In this document: piece after piece, positions 1-15,501 of the stretch
How positions within the stretch are numbered: position 1 is the stretch's first letter
How the letters are laid out: each line of letters opens with the position of its first letter
Assembly (NCBI GenBank): GCA_965261005.1
Contig: OZ253375.1
Location: forward strand, 2,894,560-2,958,559
Source: Deinococcus sp.
Lineage (GTDB): Bacteria; Deinococcota; Deinococci; Deinococcales; Deinococcaceae
Reading direction: 5' to 3'
Length of the DNA: 64,000 bases
Translations under genes and position numbers: made by a program
The notes under the pieces: generated by a model
Database searches by the model: none
What the model was told of the DNA's origin: nothing
What the model saw: the letters and a program-made list of their open reading frames with translations, nothing else

Positions 1-314
1 TCCAAGCTGGTGAGGTCGATCAAGAGTTCGAGGCGGGGACGCTGGTGGGGAGCTGAGCGCCAGAAGTCGAGGAGCGTTTGCTGAGCGTGGTGACGCAGGG
101 CGCGAACGAGGGAGCGGGTGGACCAGCCGTAGTGGTTGAGAAACCGGCTGATGGCAGCGGGAGACTTGACGGTGGCTTGACTGGGGAATGGTCGGCCCTT
201 GGCTTCGAGGAGCAAGTCGAGGAAGACGCGCAACGAGTCGCGGTGCTGCTTACGAGCGAAGCTCTTGAGGATGTCAGAATAGAGTTGTCTGGAACGTGCT
301 TCTTTTGGATTCAC
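1..314 (-). CDS. DDE transposase N-terminus (IS701/IS4-like, Deinococcus type), runs off the window edge
   Basis: Not in the ORF track. Manual translation from GTG at 314 gives MNPKEARSRQLYSDILKSFARKQHRDSLRVFLDLLLEAKGRPFPSQATVKSPAAISRFLNHYGWSTR...LELLIDLTSL; the SRFL and IDxT motifs are typical of IS4/IS701 DDE enzymes. Confidence 0.65.
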   Translation of the reverse strand, partial: MNPKEARSRQLYSDILKSFARKQHRDSLRVFLDLLLEAKGRPFPSQATVKSPAAISRFLNHYGWSTRSLVRALRHHAQQTLLDFWRSAPHQRPRLELLIDLTSL

Positions 315-375
315 ACCCCAGCTTGGGGCCAAAACCGCGTTCCAGACAACCCCTATGAAATCTGCAACATGTCAG
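1..375 (-). mobile_element. IS701/IS4-like element (one end only) inserted into the IS66 transposase
   Basis: IS66-like protein sequence stops at ...YGQRLAQ and continues into unrelated sequence starting CTGACATGTTGCAGATTTC (minus strand from 375), followed by a different transposase ORF. Confidence 0.6.
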
Positions 376-1368
376 TTGAGCGAGCCGCTGTCCATACAGC
401 TCTCCTCGACCTGGCCGTTGTTTGGCTTGCTCAGCAGTCTGGTCAGCATTGCGGATCAGGTGCGCCAGACACTTCTGCTGCTGCACCCCGTCCAAGAGGC
501 GGCTGTCATACACCTTGAAACGGTCCGTCACCAGCGTTCCCGCAAACGCATTCCCCAACACAGCCCGCAGTTCTGCGTTCCCGTGCTTGCGGTTGACCCG
601 GAACAGCACGCTGTCTTCTGAGCGGAAGGTGCTGATCCACGCCGGGCTGGCGTTCATCCGCCAGCCCGTGTCGTCATGGTGGACATACGCGGCAGCTCGC
701 AGTTCTGCTGCAAGCGCTTCGACCTGCACAGCCAAAGGACCACCATCTTCTGCCAGTCGCATAGCGGCCTGGTTGATGGCCCCTTGCGTCACACGGATGC
801 CCGTGGTCAGGTGCAGCACGCGGGGCAAACGGCGTTCCGGGATGCCCTGCTCATGGCGCAAGGTCTGGATCACCGCCTCAAGGCGTGCCCCGTAACGATG
901 GGCGGTGGCCCCACACTGATCTGAAGCGAGGTCAGCGTGTTGACCACGCACCGACTGTCCGCAGACCGGGCAGACCATCACCGGCACGTGGTACGCCGTC
1001 ACCTGCATGGCCTGCTCGGGCGCCAAGTCGGTGATCCAGGCTTTGTCCATCCGCTTGAACAGCAACTCGCCCGTGTACCCGCACTTGGCACAACTGTTGG
1101 GGGGAGCAACCTGGATCACCGCCTGCACCGACTCAGGTTCGGGCGGGACTTTGTATGTGAACGTCCCGACGCCAGCTCGGCGCCCGGACGGCTGAGCATC
1201 CGCTTTGCGCACCTCGCGGCTGTGTGGCGCGACGTACTTCTTTCCCTTGCGCTCCAACGCTTCGATACGCTTCCTGAGTCGGGTGTTCTCGACCTGAAGC
1301 TGCTCGATCTGCTCGCTTTGCCGACGGAGCACCTCAAGCACGTCTCGCTCCGTCAGTTCCCCAGCCAT
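376..1368 (-). pseudogene. IS66 transposase, C-terminally truncated by the nested IS
   Basis: Coiled-coil N-terminus, CxxC...CxxC zinc finger, HHDDTGWR, TDRF and QQKCLAHLIR motifs; lacks the C-terminal TNNxAER motif present in the paralogue. Confidence 0.85.
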
Positions 1369-1431
1369 GCCCTGACTCTAGCCCATCTGACCCTTCTCGC
1401 GTCATTGCCGGCTCAGCCGACGGATACACCG

Positions 1432-1443
<12 letters not shown>
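376..1443 (-). mobile_element. IS66-family element (single-ORF ISBst12-like), interrupted
   Basis: Terminal repeat GTATCTGATTAGCG (minus strand, 1443-1430) matches the ends of the intact IS66 at 13139-14615. Confidence 0.85.
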
Positions 1444-4530
<3,087 letters not shown>

Positions 4531-4586
4531 TCCGAGGGAGGAGCATAACACGAGGGGGAGATTGAAAAGTTATGCACTAAGCTTTC

Positions 4587-4607
4587 TGTACAACTTTTAT
4601 GTACAAT
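4587..4607 (+). promoter_or_regulatory. yefM-yoeB operator (two TGTACA cores) overlapping a -10 box TACAAT
   Basis: TGTACA at 4587-4592 and 4600-4605; TACAAT at 4602-4607 just before the ATG at 4614; TGTACA is the known core of YefM-YoeB operators. Confidence 0.7.
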
Positions 4608-4613
4608 AGAGAC

Positions 4614-4919
4614 ATGATTGAACGCAGCTACAGCCAGGCCCGCGCGGAACTCGCCAGCTTGATGGACAAGGCGGTGGATGACCGCGAGACCGTCATCATC
4701 GAGCGCCGGGGCCGTCCGGCCGTCGCCTTGATCGCCGCCGACGAGCTGCGCAGCATGGAGGAAACCCTGCACCTGCTGCGCAGCCCGGCCAACGCCGCGC
4801 GGCTGCTGGCCGCCCTGGGGCGGGCCGAGCGGGGCGAGGGCGTCAGGATGACCGTCAAGGAACTGCGCCAGAAGTTTGACCTGACGGAAACAGATGAGCC
4901 AGCGCCAGGCCGTCCTTGA
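4614..4919 (+). CDS. yefM: Phd/YefM antitoxin
   Basis: SYSQARAELASLMD...VIIERRG...EETLHLLRSPANAARL. Confidence 0.92.
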   Translation: MIERSYSQARAELASLMDKAVDDRETVIIERRGRPAVALIAADELRSMEETLHLLRSPANAARLLAALGRAERGEGVRMTVKELRQKFDLTETDEPAPGRP

Positions 4920-5157
4920 CCCGGACTTTTTGACCGACCTCGCCTACTGGGTCGCTACTGACCGCAAGACCGCCCTGCGCTTGCTGAGGATCGTGGACGA
5001 GACCTACCGCTCTCCCTTTGAGGGTATCGGCAAGCCCGAACCGCTCAAGAACCTCGGCCCTGACGTCTGGTCGCGCCGCCTCATGGCCGAGCATCGCGTG
5101 GTGTACCGGGTCAGGAGCGAAGAGGTGTATTTTTTGCAGGCGCGCTATCATTACTAA
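4894..5157 (+). CDS. yoeB: Txe/YoeB toxin
   Basis: DLAYW...PFEGIGKPEPLK...WSRR...EHRVVY...QARYHY. Confidence 0.95.
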   Translation: MSQRQAVLDPDFLTDLAYWVATDRKTALRLLRIVDETYRSPFEGIGKPEPLKNLGPDVWSRRLMAEHRVVYRVRSEEVYFLQARYHY

Positions 5158-5192
5158 TGTGGCTATACTAATGACCACTTAGGAGGTGTCTG

Positions 5193-5468
5193 ATGACCGT
5201 TATGGACGAGACCGCTCTTCCTGCCGTTACGCACGTGGGTGTGAAGGAATTTCGGGACAAGGCCACGCAGTTGCTGGCCCGCGAGCAGCCGTTCGTTATC
5301 GAGCGTCACGGGAAGGCGATTGGGTACTACGTGCCCATCAAAAAGAAGGACAAGCGCAAGGCGAGAGAAGCGCTCGACCGCTTGGATGAAACCATGCGCC
5401 GCACCGCCGATGAGGCGGGCATGACCGTGGCCGAACTCGAAAACCTGCTGGTCGGAGATTTGCCTTGA
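5193..5468 (+). CDS. Phd-like antitoxin
   Basis: VGVKEFRDKATQLL...VIERHGKAIGYYVP; AGGAGG RBS; directly upstream of a PIN gene. Confidence 0.75.
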   Translation: MTVMDETALPAVTHVGVKEFRDKATQLLAREQPFVIERHGKAIGYYVPIKKKDKRKAREALDRLDETMRRTADEAGMTVAELENLLVGDLP

Positions 5469-5488
5469 CGGGAGCGATCAGCGCCCTG

Positions 5489-5953
5489 ATGCCAAAACGT
5501 CTGATCGTGGACGCCAACGTACTGCTCGCGGAATGTATGCGCTCGCGTGGGCGGCGCCGGCTCTACGAGATGGACCCCGAGCTTCTGACCACCGAGCGTG
5601 TCCAAAGCGAGTTTCGGCACGAGTTGGAACGGCGGCTCGACGGCGTACGTGTCCAAGGTCGCTTGTCGTCAGAAGCTTTGGAGAGCTTACGTTCGGACGC
5701 CTTGGCGGCCTACGAGCAGAATGTTTCGGTGGTTTTGAAGGAGGGCTACGCTCATTTTGAGGACGCCGCCCTCATTTGTGTTCCCCAGGACCCCGACGAC
5801 GTGCCCACCGCCGCCCTCGCCCTCGCCCTGAACGCGGGCGTCTGGACCGAGGACCGCCACTTCTGGGGGTGCGGCCTGCCGGTATGGCGAACGGATGTGC
5901 TGTACGCGGCGCTCGATCAAGACGCTGTCCTCGGCCAAGACAACACGCCTTGA
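5489..5953 (+). CDS. PIN-domain (VapC-like) toxin
   Basis: IVDANVL, DPDDVPTAALAL and WTEDRHF acidic PIN motifs; start may instead be TTG 5465. Confidence 0.85.
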   Translation: MPKRLIVDANVLLAECMRSRGRRRLYEMDPELLTTERVQSEFRHELERRLDGVRVQGRLSSEALESLRSDALAAYEQNVSVVLKEGYAHFEDAALICVPQDPDDVPTAALALALNAGVWTEDRHFWGCGLPVWRTDVLYAALDQDAVLGQDNTP

Positions 5954-5977
5954 CCTCTCCTTATGCACTTGCTACCC

Positions 5978-6012
5978 TTGCATAGAAATACGCTTTTTGC
6001 GTATATTCAATC
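5978..6012 (+). promoter_or_regulatory. arg operon promoter (TTGCAT-N18-TATATT) with probable ARG-box-like operator
   Basis: AT-rich TTGCATAGAAATACGC...GTATATTCAA resembles ArgR boxes and overlaps the -35/-10 elements upstream of argG. Confidence 0.55.
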
Positions 6013-6014
6013 AG

Positions 6015-6041
6015 ATGCCCAACCTTTCCCCCCGACGCTGA
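6015..6041 (+). CDS. Putative leaderless arg leader peptide MPNLSPRR
   Basis: ATG directly after the -10 box; ends CGA CGC TGA; the Arg codons lie in the 5' arm of a long hairpin (6030-6087). Confidence 0.55.
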   Translation: MPNLSPRR

Positions 6042-6113
6042 CGCCACGCTCCAGTCTCTCGACTTGGGGCGGCGTTTCACGTCGGGGTATTGACTGTCAC
6101 CAAGGAGTGTCCC

Positions 6114-7322
<1,209 letters not shown>

Positions 7323-7350
7323 CCTGAACACGTCCAGACGAAGCGCTTGG

Positions 7351-7575
7351 ATGTGCCTGCTGACGGTCGCCTTTGTCCTTAAGGCGCCTGCCACACGACA
7401 AGGCGCCTTCGAGACGGTGCGGCTCGCCGTCAGCCTCTACAATCTGGCGGTGATCCCCTTCTACCAGCGGCTCGGCTACCAAGTGAATTCTGACGCCGTG
7501 TACACGCACGCCAGCGCCAGCAGCCCGGCGCCGGTCGTGATGACCAAGCCGGTGCGGCGGGAGGTGGGGGCGTGA
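7351..7575 (+). pseudogene. C-terminal remnant of a GNAT acetyltransferase
   Basis: VRLAVSLYNLAVIPFYQRLGY matches GNAT motif B; no N-terminal half or acetyl-CoA-binding motif A. Confidence 0.55.
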
Positions 7576-8966
7576 GAGAGGTCTCTAAAAAGCTCTGGGG
7601 CGGGCGCTTCTCGGGGGCGACCGACGAGCTGGCCGAGCAATTCAATGCCAGCGTCACCTTCGACGCGCGCCTCGCCGTGTACGACATTCGCGGCAGCCTC
7701 GCGCACGTCGCCATGTTGGGCGAGAAGGACATTCTCACGGGGGAAGAGGTTGGGCAGATCGAGTCCGGGCTGCGCGACATTCTGGCCGAAGTCGAGGCCG
7801 GCACCTTCGGGTGGCGCCAGGACCGCGAGGACGTGCACATGAACGTCGAGGCGGCCCTGGCGGAGCGCATCGGGCCGGTGGCGGGCAAGCTGCACACCGC
7901 GCGCAGCCGCAACGACCAGGTGGCGACCGACTTCCGGCTGTGGACCCTCGACGCCTGTACCGAGCTGGCCGGCGCGCTGCGCCAATTGCGCGGCGTGCTG
8001 ATCGCCGAGGCGGAGAAGTACCTCCCCGCCGAGGTCATCATGCCGGGCTACACCCACCTCCAGGTCGCCCAGCCGGTGCTGCTGTCGCACTGGTTCCTGG
8101 CCTACGCCGAGATGATTGAGCGCGACGAGGGTCGCCTGCGCGACGCGGGCGAGCGTATGGACGAAAGCCCGCTCGGCTCGGGCGCGCTGGCCGGCACCCC
8201 TTGGCCGATTGACCGCTTCGCGACGGCCCACGCCCTCGGCTTTGCCCGGCCGACCCGCAACAGCTTGGATGCGGTGGGAAGCCGCGACTTCGCGCTGGAG
8301 TTCCTGAGCGCTTGCGCCGTCGCCATGACCCACCTGTCGCGCCTGTCCGAGGAGCTGATCCTGTTTTCCAGCTTCGAGTTCGGCTTCCTCACCTTGCCCG
8401 ACAGCCACACCACCGGCAGTTCCATCATGCCGCAGAAGAAAAACCCCGACGTGTGCGAGCTGGCGCGCGGCAAGGCGGGGCGGGTCTTCGGCGACCTGCT
8501 GGGCCTGCTGACCGTCGTGAAGGGCCTGCCGCTCGCCTACAACAAGGACTTGCAGGAGGACAAGGAGCCGGTCTTCGACGCCTTCGACACCCTGAACGTG
8601 ATTCTCAGGCTGTATGCCGACATGCTGCCGAAAATCGAGTGGCACGAACTCAAACTCCTGGCGGCGGCCCAGCGCGGCTACAGCACCGCCACCGACCTCG
8701 CCGATTTGCTGGCGCGCTCGGGGGTGCCCTTTCGCGAGGCGCACGAGGTCGTGGGCGCTTTGGTCGCCAAGTGTATCCGGGAAGGCAAGCGGCTGTGGGA
8801 CCTGAGCGGGGAGGAATTGGCGGCGGCCCACCCGAACTTGGCCGGGGTCACGCCCGATCAACTGACCGTGCAGGCCAGCGTAAAGTCCCGCACCGTCTAT
8901 GGCGGCACCGCGCCGGAGGCGGTGCGCGAGCTGCTGGGCCGCGCCAAGCGGAGACTGGAGTTCTGA
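7572..8966 (+). CDS. argH: Argininosuccinate lyase
   Basis: LWGGRF, HTARSRNDQVATD, GSSIMPQKKNPD. Confidence 0.99.
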   Translation: MREVSKKLWGGRFSGATDELAEQFNASVTFDARLAVYDIRGSLAHVAMLGEKDILTGEEVGQIESGLRDILAEVEAGTFGWRQDREDVHMNVEAALAERIGPVAGKLHTARSRNDQVATDFRLWTLDACTELAGALRQLRGVLIAEAEKYLPAEVIMPGYTHLQVAQPVLLSHWFLAYAEMIERDEGRLRDAGERMDESPLGSGALAGTPWPIDRFATAHALGFARPTRNSLDAVGSRDFALEFLSACAVAMTHLSRLSEELILFSSFEFGFLTLPDSHTTGSSIMPQKKNPDVCELARGKAGRVFGDLLGLLTVVKGLPLAYNKDLQEDKEPVFDAFDTLNVILRLYADMLPKIEWHELKLLAAAQRGYSTATDLADLLARSGVPFREAHEVVGALVAKCIREGKRLWDLSGEELAAAHPNLAGVTPDQLTVQASVKSRTVYGGTAPEAVRELLGRAKRRLEF

Positions 8967-9488
8967 ATGCTGGCCCTCGATTCCATCGCCGTTCCCGATT
9001 TGCACCCCCAGGCGCCCGTCACCGCCCGCAAGGCCCGCCTGAGCGACGTGGACGCCCTGCACGAGTTGATCGGCTACTGGGCGGCGCGCGGCCAGATGCT
9101 GGTGAGAAGCAAGAACCTCTTGGCCGAGAGCATTCGCGACTTCACCGTGCTGGAGGCGGGGGCTTATTCAGGCCAGCCCGGCGGCTTGGCCGGCGTGTGC
9201 GGTCTGCACCTGCTCGGCTCCGACCTGGCCGAGGTGCGCGGCTTGGCGATTCACCCGGCCTTTCAGGGGCGCGGCCTGGGCAAACAGCTGGTCCTGGCCT
9301 GCGAGCGCGAGGCGAGCGAATTGGCCCTGCCCGCACTGTTCGCCTGGACCTACCAGCAGAAGTTCTTCGAGAGCTGCGGTTTCACGCGCATGGACAAGAC
9401 GAATTTGCACCCGAAGGTCTGGAGCGAGTGCCAGCGCTGCCCCTTTTTCGAGAACTGCAACGAGATCGCGATGGAGAAGAAGTTGTGA
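8967..9488 (+). CDS. argA: Short GNAT N-acetylglutamate synthase
   Basis: [33 protein letters not shown]; located between argH and carA. Confidence 0.8.
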   Translation: MLALDSIAVPDLHPQAPVTARKARLSDVDALHELIGYWAARGQMLVRSKNLLAESIRDFTVLEAGAYSGQPGGLAGVCGLHLLGSDLAEVRGLAIHPAFQGRGLGKQLVLACEREASELALPALFAWTYQQKFFESCGFTRMDKTNLHPKVWSECQRCPFFENCNEIAMEKKL

Positions 9489-9498
9489 GGAGGTCCCT

Positions 9499-10683
9499 AT
9501 GATCCTGAAAGAACGCGCCATTTTGGCCCTCGAAGATGGCACCGTCTACCGTGGCTACGCCTTCGGGCAGCGGGGCGAGACGGTGGGGGAGGTCGTCTTC
9601 AACACCTCCATGACCGGCTACCAGGAGATCATGACCGACCCCAGCTACAACGGGCAGATCGTGTGCATGACCTATCCGCACATCGGCAACTACGGCGTGG
9701 CGATCTACGACATGGAGAGCAACCGGCCCTTTGTTCGCGGCTTGATCGGGCGCGAGTTCTCGCAGGGCTACAGCAACCACCGCGCCAGCCAGAGCCTACA
9801 GGACTTCATGGCGCAGTACGGCGTGGTCAGCATCTCCGGCATCGATACCCGCGCGCTGGTGCGCCGGCTGCGCGAGGGGGGCGTGGTGAAGGGGGTGGTG
9901 GCGCACCGCTCGTACACCCACCCAGACGACCCCTACGGCGAGTTTTCGCCGGGGGAGGAGGCTGAGTTCGTGCGCCGCGCGGGGGAGCACGCGGACATCG
10001 ACGGGCGCGACATGACCCCCGAGGTCACGACGCCGCTGCCCTACGCCTACCCGACTTTGCGGCAAGGGAAGCGCGTTGTGCTGCTCGACTTCGGCATCAA
10101 GCACACCATTGTCAAGCGGCTGGCCGAGGTCGGCATCGAACCCATCGTGGTGCCGGCGCAGACCAGCCCGGCGCAGATCATGGCGCTCTCGCCGCACGGC
10201 CTGTTTCTCTCCAACGGCCCCGGCGACCCGGGGGCGCCCAAGTACGCCCACAAGACCGCCTGGGAATTGATGGGCCTGCTGCCGACCTTCGGCATTTGCC
10301 TGGGACACCAGATTCTGGCCCTCGCGGTGGGCGGCAAGACCTTCAAGATGAAGTTCGGCCACCGCGGCGGCAACCAGCCGGTCAAGAACCTGCTGACCGG
10401 CACAATCGAGATCACGGCGCAGAACCACGGCTACGCGGTGGACTTGGAGAGTATGCCGCCGGGCCAGTTCGTGGCGACCCACGTCAACCTCAACGACGGC
10501 TCGCTGGAGGGCATGGCGCACGCCCGCTACCCGGTCTTCAGCGTGCAGTACCACCCCGAGGCCAGCCCCGGCCCGCACGACTCGCGCTACCTGTTCGAGC
10601 GCTTCATCCAGGAAATCGACTTGTTCGACGGCCCGACCGGCACGCCGGTGGAAAAGGCCGCCGCCGGCCGTCTGGGGCTGTAG
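9499..10683 (+). CDS. carA: Carbamoyl-phosphate synthase small subunit
   Basis: [41 protein letters not shown]. Confidence 0.99.
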   Translation: MILKERAILALEDGTVYRGYAFGQRGETVGEVVFNTSMTGYQEIMTDPSYNGQIVCMTYPHIGNYGVAIYDMESNRPFVRGLIGREFSQGYSNHRASQSLQDFMAQYGVVSISGIDTRALVRRLREGGVVKGVVAHRSYTHPDDPYGEFSPGEEAEFVRRAGEHADIDGRDMTPEVTTPLPYAYPTLRQGKRVVLLDFGIKHTIVKRLAEVGIEPIVVPAQTSPAQIMALSPHGLFLSNGPGDPGAPKYAHKTAWELMGLLPTFGICLGHQILALAVGGKTFKMKFGHRGGNQPVKNLLTGTIEITAQNHGYAVDLESMPPGQFVATHVNLNDGSLEGMAHARYPVFSVQYHPEASPGPHDSRYLFERFIQEIDLFDGPTGTPVEKAAAGRLGL

Positions 10684-10846
10684 TGCCGAGGGACCGCAAG
10701 CCGTCCGAGCGGCCCAGCAAGATTTGTCCCGTGTGCGGTTTGCCCTTCAGCTGGCGCAAGAAGTGGGAGCGCGACTGGGAAAGCGTCAAGTACTGCTCGG
10801 ACCGCTGCCGGGCGCGGGCGAAGCCGACTGGCTCTACACTGGGCCA

Positions 10847-10850
<4 letters not shown>
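10683..10850 (+). CDS. DUF2256 family small protein
   Basis: [34 protein letters not shown] overlaps the carA stop. Confidence 0.85.
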
Positions 10851-12652
<1,802 letters not shown>

Positions 12653-12655
12653 ACC

Positions 12656-13090
12656 TCAGCCCGCGACCTTGCCCAGGTTGTCGGCGCCGGGGTTGGATAA
12701 GTAGATGTCGAGGTTGCTGGGGTTGGCCGCCGCCATCAGCTTGTTCACCTCGGCCTCCTCCGGCTCGCGCAGCCAGCGGCCGAAGTCGTAGCTGCTGATG
12801 ACCGTCTCCTTGACGTTCTCGATGCCGGCGGCGCGCGCCCAACCCGCCAGCGAGCGCAGCGCGCCCTCCCCTTCCTCGCCGAAGCGCGGGCCGAAGGCGT
12901 CCACCGTCAGGGCCGTCTCAGACTTGGTATGCACGACCGCCGCGTAGCGCGCGTGGTCGCGCTTGCCTTGGGTGTCGGTCACCAGGACCAGAATGGCGCC
13001 CGTAAGGTCTTGGTCGCCGAAGTGGTCGGTCAGGGCGCGCAGCGTTTCGGCCGGGGCGCCGAGGACGCCGAGGGGGTCGGAAAGGGGCAT
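12656..13090 (-). CDS. Conserved Deinococcus-Thermus protein (DUF3197-like)
   Basis: Good codon usage; VTDTQGKRDHARYAA...DAFGPRFG...SNLDIYL pattern. Confidence 0.6.
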   Translation of the reverse strand: MPLSDPLGVLGAPAETLRALTDHFGDQDLTGAILVLVTDTQGKRDHARYAAVVHTKSETALTVDAFGPRFGEEGEGALRSLAGWARAAGIENVKETVISSYDFGRWLREPEEAEVNKLMAAANPSNLDIYLSNPGADNLGKVAG

Positions 13091-13138
13091 GGCCCCATCT
13101 TATACAAATTCCGAAAAGTTCCGTACATTTCGGAACTT

Positions 13139-14615
13139 GTATGTGATTAGCGGGTGTTTTGTTGCTGTCGGTGGTCAAGCAGGGTTTGGAAGGGATCGAG
13201 TCCAGCGAGGCGGGCCGTTTGCGTAATGGACTTGAAGATGGCGAACGCCTCGCTGCCCCCGAAGGACTTGCTGCACTGCGACACCTTGCGCGCGATCACC
13301 GCCGGTCGAAGTGCCCGCTCCGCCGCGTTGTTGGTCGGCGGTACGTTCGGGTCCATCAGAAAGCGCAGCAGATTCTCCCGCTGGTGATGCTTGCGGATGC
13401 CGCGCACCAGCCGTTTGTTTTCTCGTGAACGACACGAGGCGAACAGGCGCTTCTCGATCTTCAAACGCAGCGCCTCTCCACGCTGACGGTACTTGTCGAG
13501 CGTGCAGTCTCCCTGTTGGAAGCGCGCGTGCAACATCAAAGCCGCCCGGAAGTCTTCGAGCAAGCTCCGCGCAAAGTCCCGTCCCCGTCCTCGCTTGCCG
13601 TGCTGGTCCTCTAGCGCCGCTTCACACGAGCGGATGACATGGTGAATGCACTTCTGCTGTGCTACGTCTTTGAAGCTGGCGTGGTCGTAGCTGCTAAAGC
13701 GGTCCACGCACAACACGCCCGCGTAGTTCTGCGGCACCACCTCCTGCACCTCGGCGTGGGTGTGCCGCGCGCGAATTTGGTACACCACCGAGACCGGTGT
13801 GCGGAACACCTGGAGCCAGGCTTGTTCCCCGTGCACCCGCCAGCCCGTGTCGTCCTGATGGACCAAGGGCTGCCGTTGCACGTCATCGCGCAACTGCCGG
13901 TACTCGCCTGACAGCGCGCTGCCCTCTTGGCTTTGTCGCAACGCGTCTTGCGTCAGCGCCCCCTGCGTCACCCTCAGCCCGCTGGTGAGGCGCAGCACCT
14001 CAGGAACTTTCCGAACCGGTACACCGAGATCATAGTGCAGCGCGTGAGCAAGGCTCAGCACCTCCGGACCCAGACGGTGGGCGGTGGCCCCTCGTTGATC
14101 CTCACGCACGTCCGGGTGCGTCGCTCGCACGCGGCGACCACAGTGCCGACACTGCCCCACGGCGAGGTGGTAGGCCGTCACTTGGGGACGGCGCTCCGGG
14201 AGGTCCGTGACAGTGGCGAGGTCGGTGTGGCTCGCGTCGAGCGCCCCACCGCACCGACACTGAGCGGGCAGGAGAACATCCACGACACGGGTGATGTCCT
14301 CGTTCTCAGGTGGCGCGCGGAAGGTGAACGCGCCCTGCCCCGCGCGGCGTCCACTCGGCTGAGGGTTCGCCTTGGGGGTGCCTCGGCTGAAGGGGGCGAC
14401 ATGCTTCTTCTGGCGACGCTCCAACTCTTCGATCCGCTTCCTGAGCCGAGCGTTTTCTTCGTGCAGTTGTCTATTTTCGGCTTCGAGGCGTTCGATGCGA
14501 GCGGTGAGGGTACGCACCAACTCCAGGAGTTCGGTCACGCTGGGGGTCGCCTCGCCGCTCATCCCGCTTACCCTACAAGACACTCTCTCTCCCTACCACC
14601 TCGCTAATCAAATAC
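13139..14615 (-). mobile_element. Intact IS66-family element
   Basis: Inverted repeats GTATGTGATTAGCG and CGCTAATCAAATAC; 8-bp target duplication CGGAACTT at 13131-13138 and 14616-14623. Confidence 0.95.
13147..14562 (-). CDS. IS66 transposase
   Basis: Zinc finger, HQDDTGWR, QQKCIHHVIR, PPTNNAAERALR; stop codon lies inside the terminal repeat. Confidence 0.95.
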   Translation of the reverse strand: MSGEATPSVTELLELVRTLTARIERLEAENRQLHEENARLRKRIEELERRQKKHVAPFSRGTPKANPQPSGRRAGQGAFTFRAPPENEDITRVVDVLLPAQCRCGGALDASHTDLATVTDLPERRPQVTAYHLAVGQCRHCGRRVRATHPDVREDQRGATAHRLGPEVLSLAHALHYDLGVPVRKVPEVLRLTSGLRVTQGALTQDALRQSQEGSALSGEYRQLRDDVQRQPLVHQDDTGWRVHGEQAWLQVFRTPVSVVYQIRARHTHAEVQEVVPQNYAGVLCVDRFSSYDHASFKDVAQQKCIHHVIRSCEAALEDQHGKRGRGRDFARSLLEDFRAALMLHARFQQGDCTLDKYRQRGEALRLKIEKRLFASCRSRENKRLVRGIRKHHQRENLLRFLMDPNVPPTNNAAERALRPAVIARKVSQCSKSFGGSEAFAIFKSITQTARLAGLDPFQTLLDHRQQQNTR

Positions 14616-14786
14616 CGGAACTTTTCTGAGCGGACGCGAGTAGGAAAAACATACGGGTTCCGCGATATGAAGTACACGGAGCGCTTTTTGCGAAGTGTAC
14701 GGAATAAAGCGGAATCCGTATTAGCCGGATTCGGGAACGTTCCAAACCTACGGGCGCATTTGGCGTCAGGCACTAGACTTTTCCCT

Positions 14787-15491
14787 ATGAAAGCCTCCTC
14801 TAACAACGTGGCCCAACTGATGGCCCAGGCGCGCGGCGGGCGGGTGGTGCGCAGCGGCTTCGTGGACGCGGACAGCATTGACCGCCGTCTGCTCACGGAC
14901 ACCGAGGTGCGCCACCAACTCGCCGGCGGCTTTCCCGACGCCCGGCGCGTGGTGCTGACCCTCTACCCCGAGCACATCCCGAACGTGGACGTGGGCGTGG
15001 CGGTGCTGCGCGTGACGGGGGACTTCCGGCCCGACTTCGAGCTGCAAGACTTCGCGGTGGCGTTGCGGCGGCTGGACCTGCCCGAGGACGGCCTGGGAGA
15101 CCTGCGCGAGGAGCGCGGCGCCTTTTTGATCGCGGCCACCGGCAAGGCGAAGGCGGCCCTTCTCGCCCTGACCGAGCTGGCCGGCGCGAACGTGGAAATC
15201 GAGGACGTCGGCGAAAGCGCCGGCCGCCCGGCCAAGACGCGCGAGGTGGTGGTGCCCAGCTTGCGCCTCGACGTGGTGGGCGCCAAGGGCTTCGGGGTGT
15301 CGCGGGCCTACTTTCAGCAGGGCGTGGACGGCGGCAAGGTGCGCCTCAACGGCGCGGTGGCGCGCGCCAGCGCCGAGGTCCGCGAGGGCGACAGCCTCAG
15401 CGCCGAGGGCCTGGGGCGGGTGGACTTCAAGCGGGTGGTGAACGAGACCCGGCGCGGCAACTACAAGGTGGAGCTGGAGGTCCACCGCTGA
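14787..15491 (+). CDS. YlmH-like RNA-binding protein with S4 domain
   Basis: GGFPDARR, SLRLDVV, VRLNG...VREGD.L...GLGR; TAGACT box before the ATG. Confidence 0.85.
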   Translation: MKASSNNVAQLMAQARGGRVVRSGFVDADSIDRRLLTDTEVRHQLAGGFPDARRVVLTLYPEHIPNVDVGVAVLRVTGDFRPDFELQDFAVALRRLDLPEDGLGDLREERGAFLIAATGKAKAALLALTELAGANVEIEDVGESAGRPAKTREVVVPSLRLDVVGAKGFGVSRAYFQQGVDGGKVRLNGAVARASAEVREGDSLSAEGLGRVDFKRVVNETRRGNYKVELEVHR

Positions 15492-15501
15492 GCCGGGCGC
15501 C

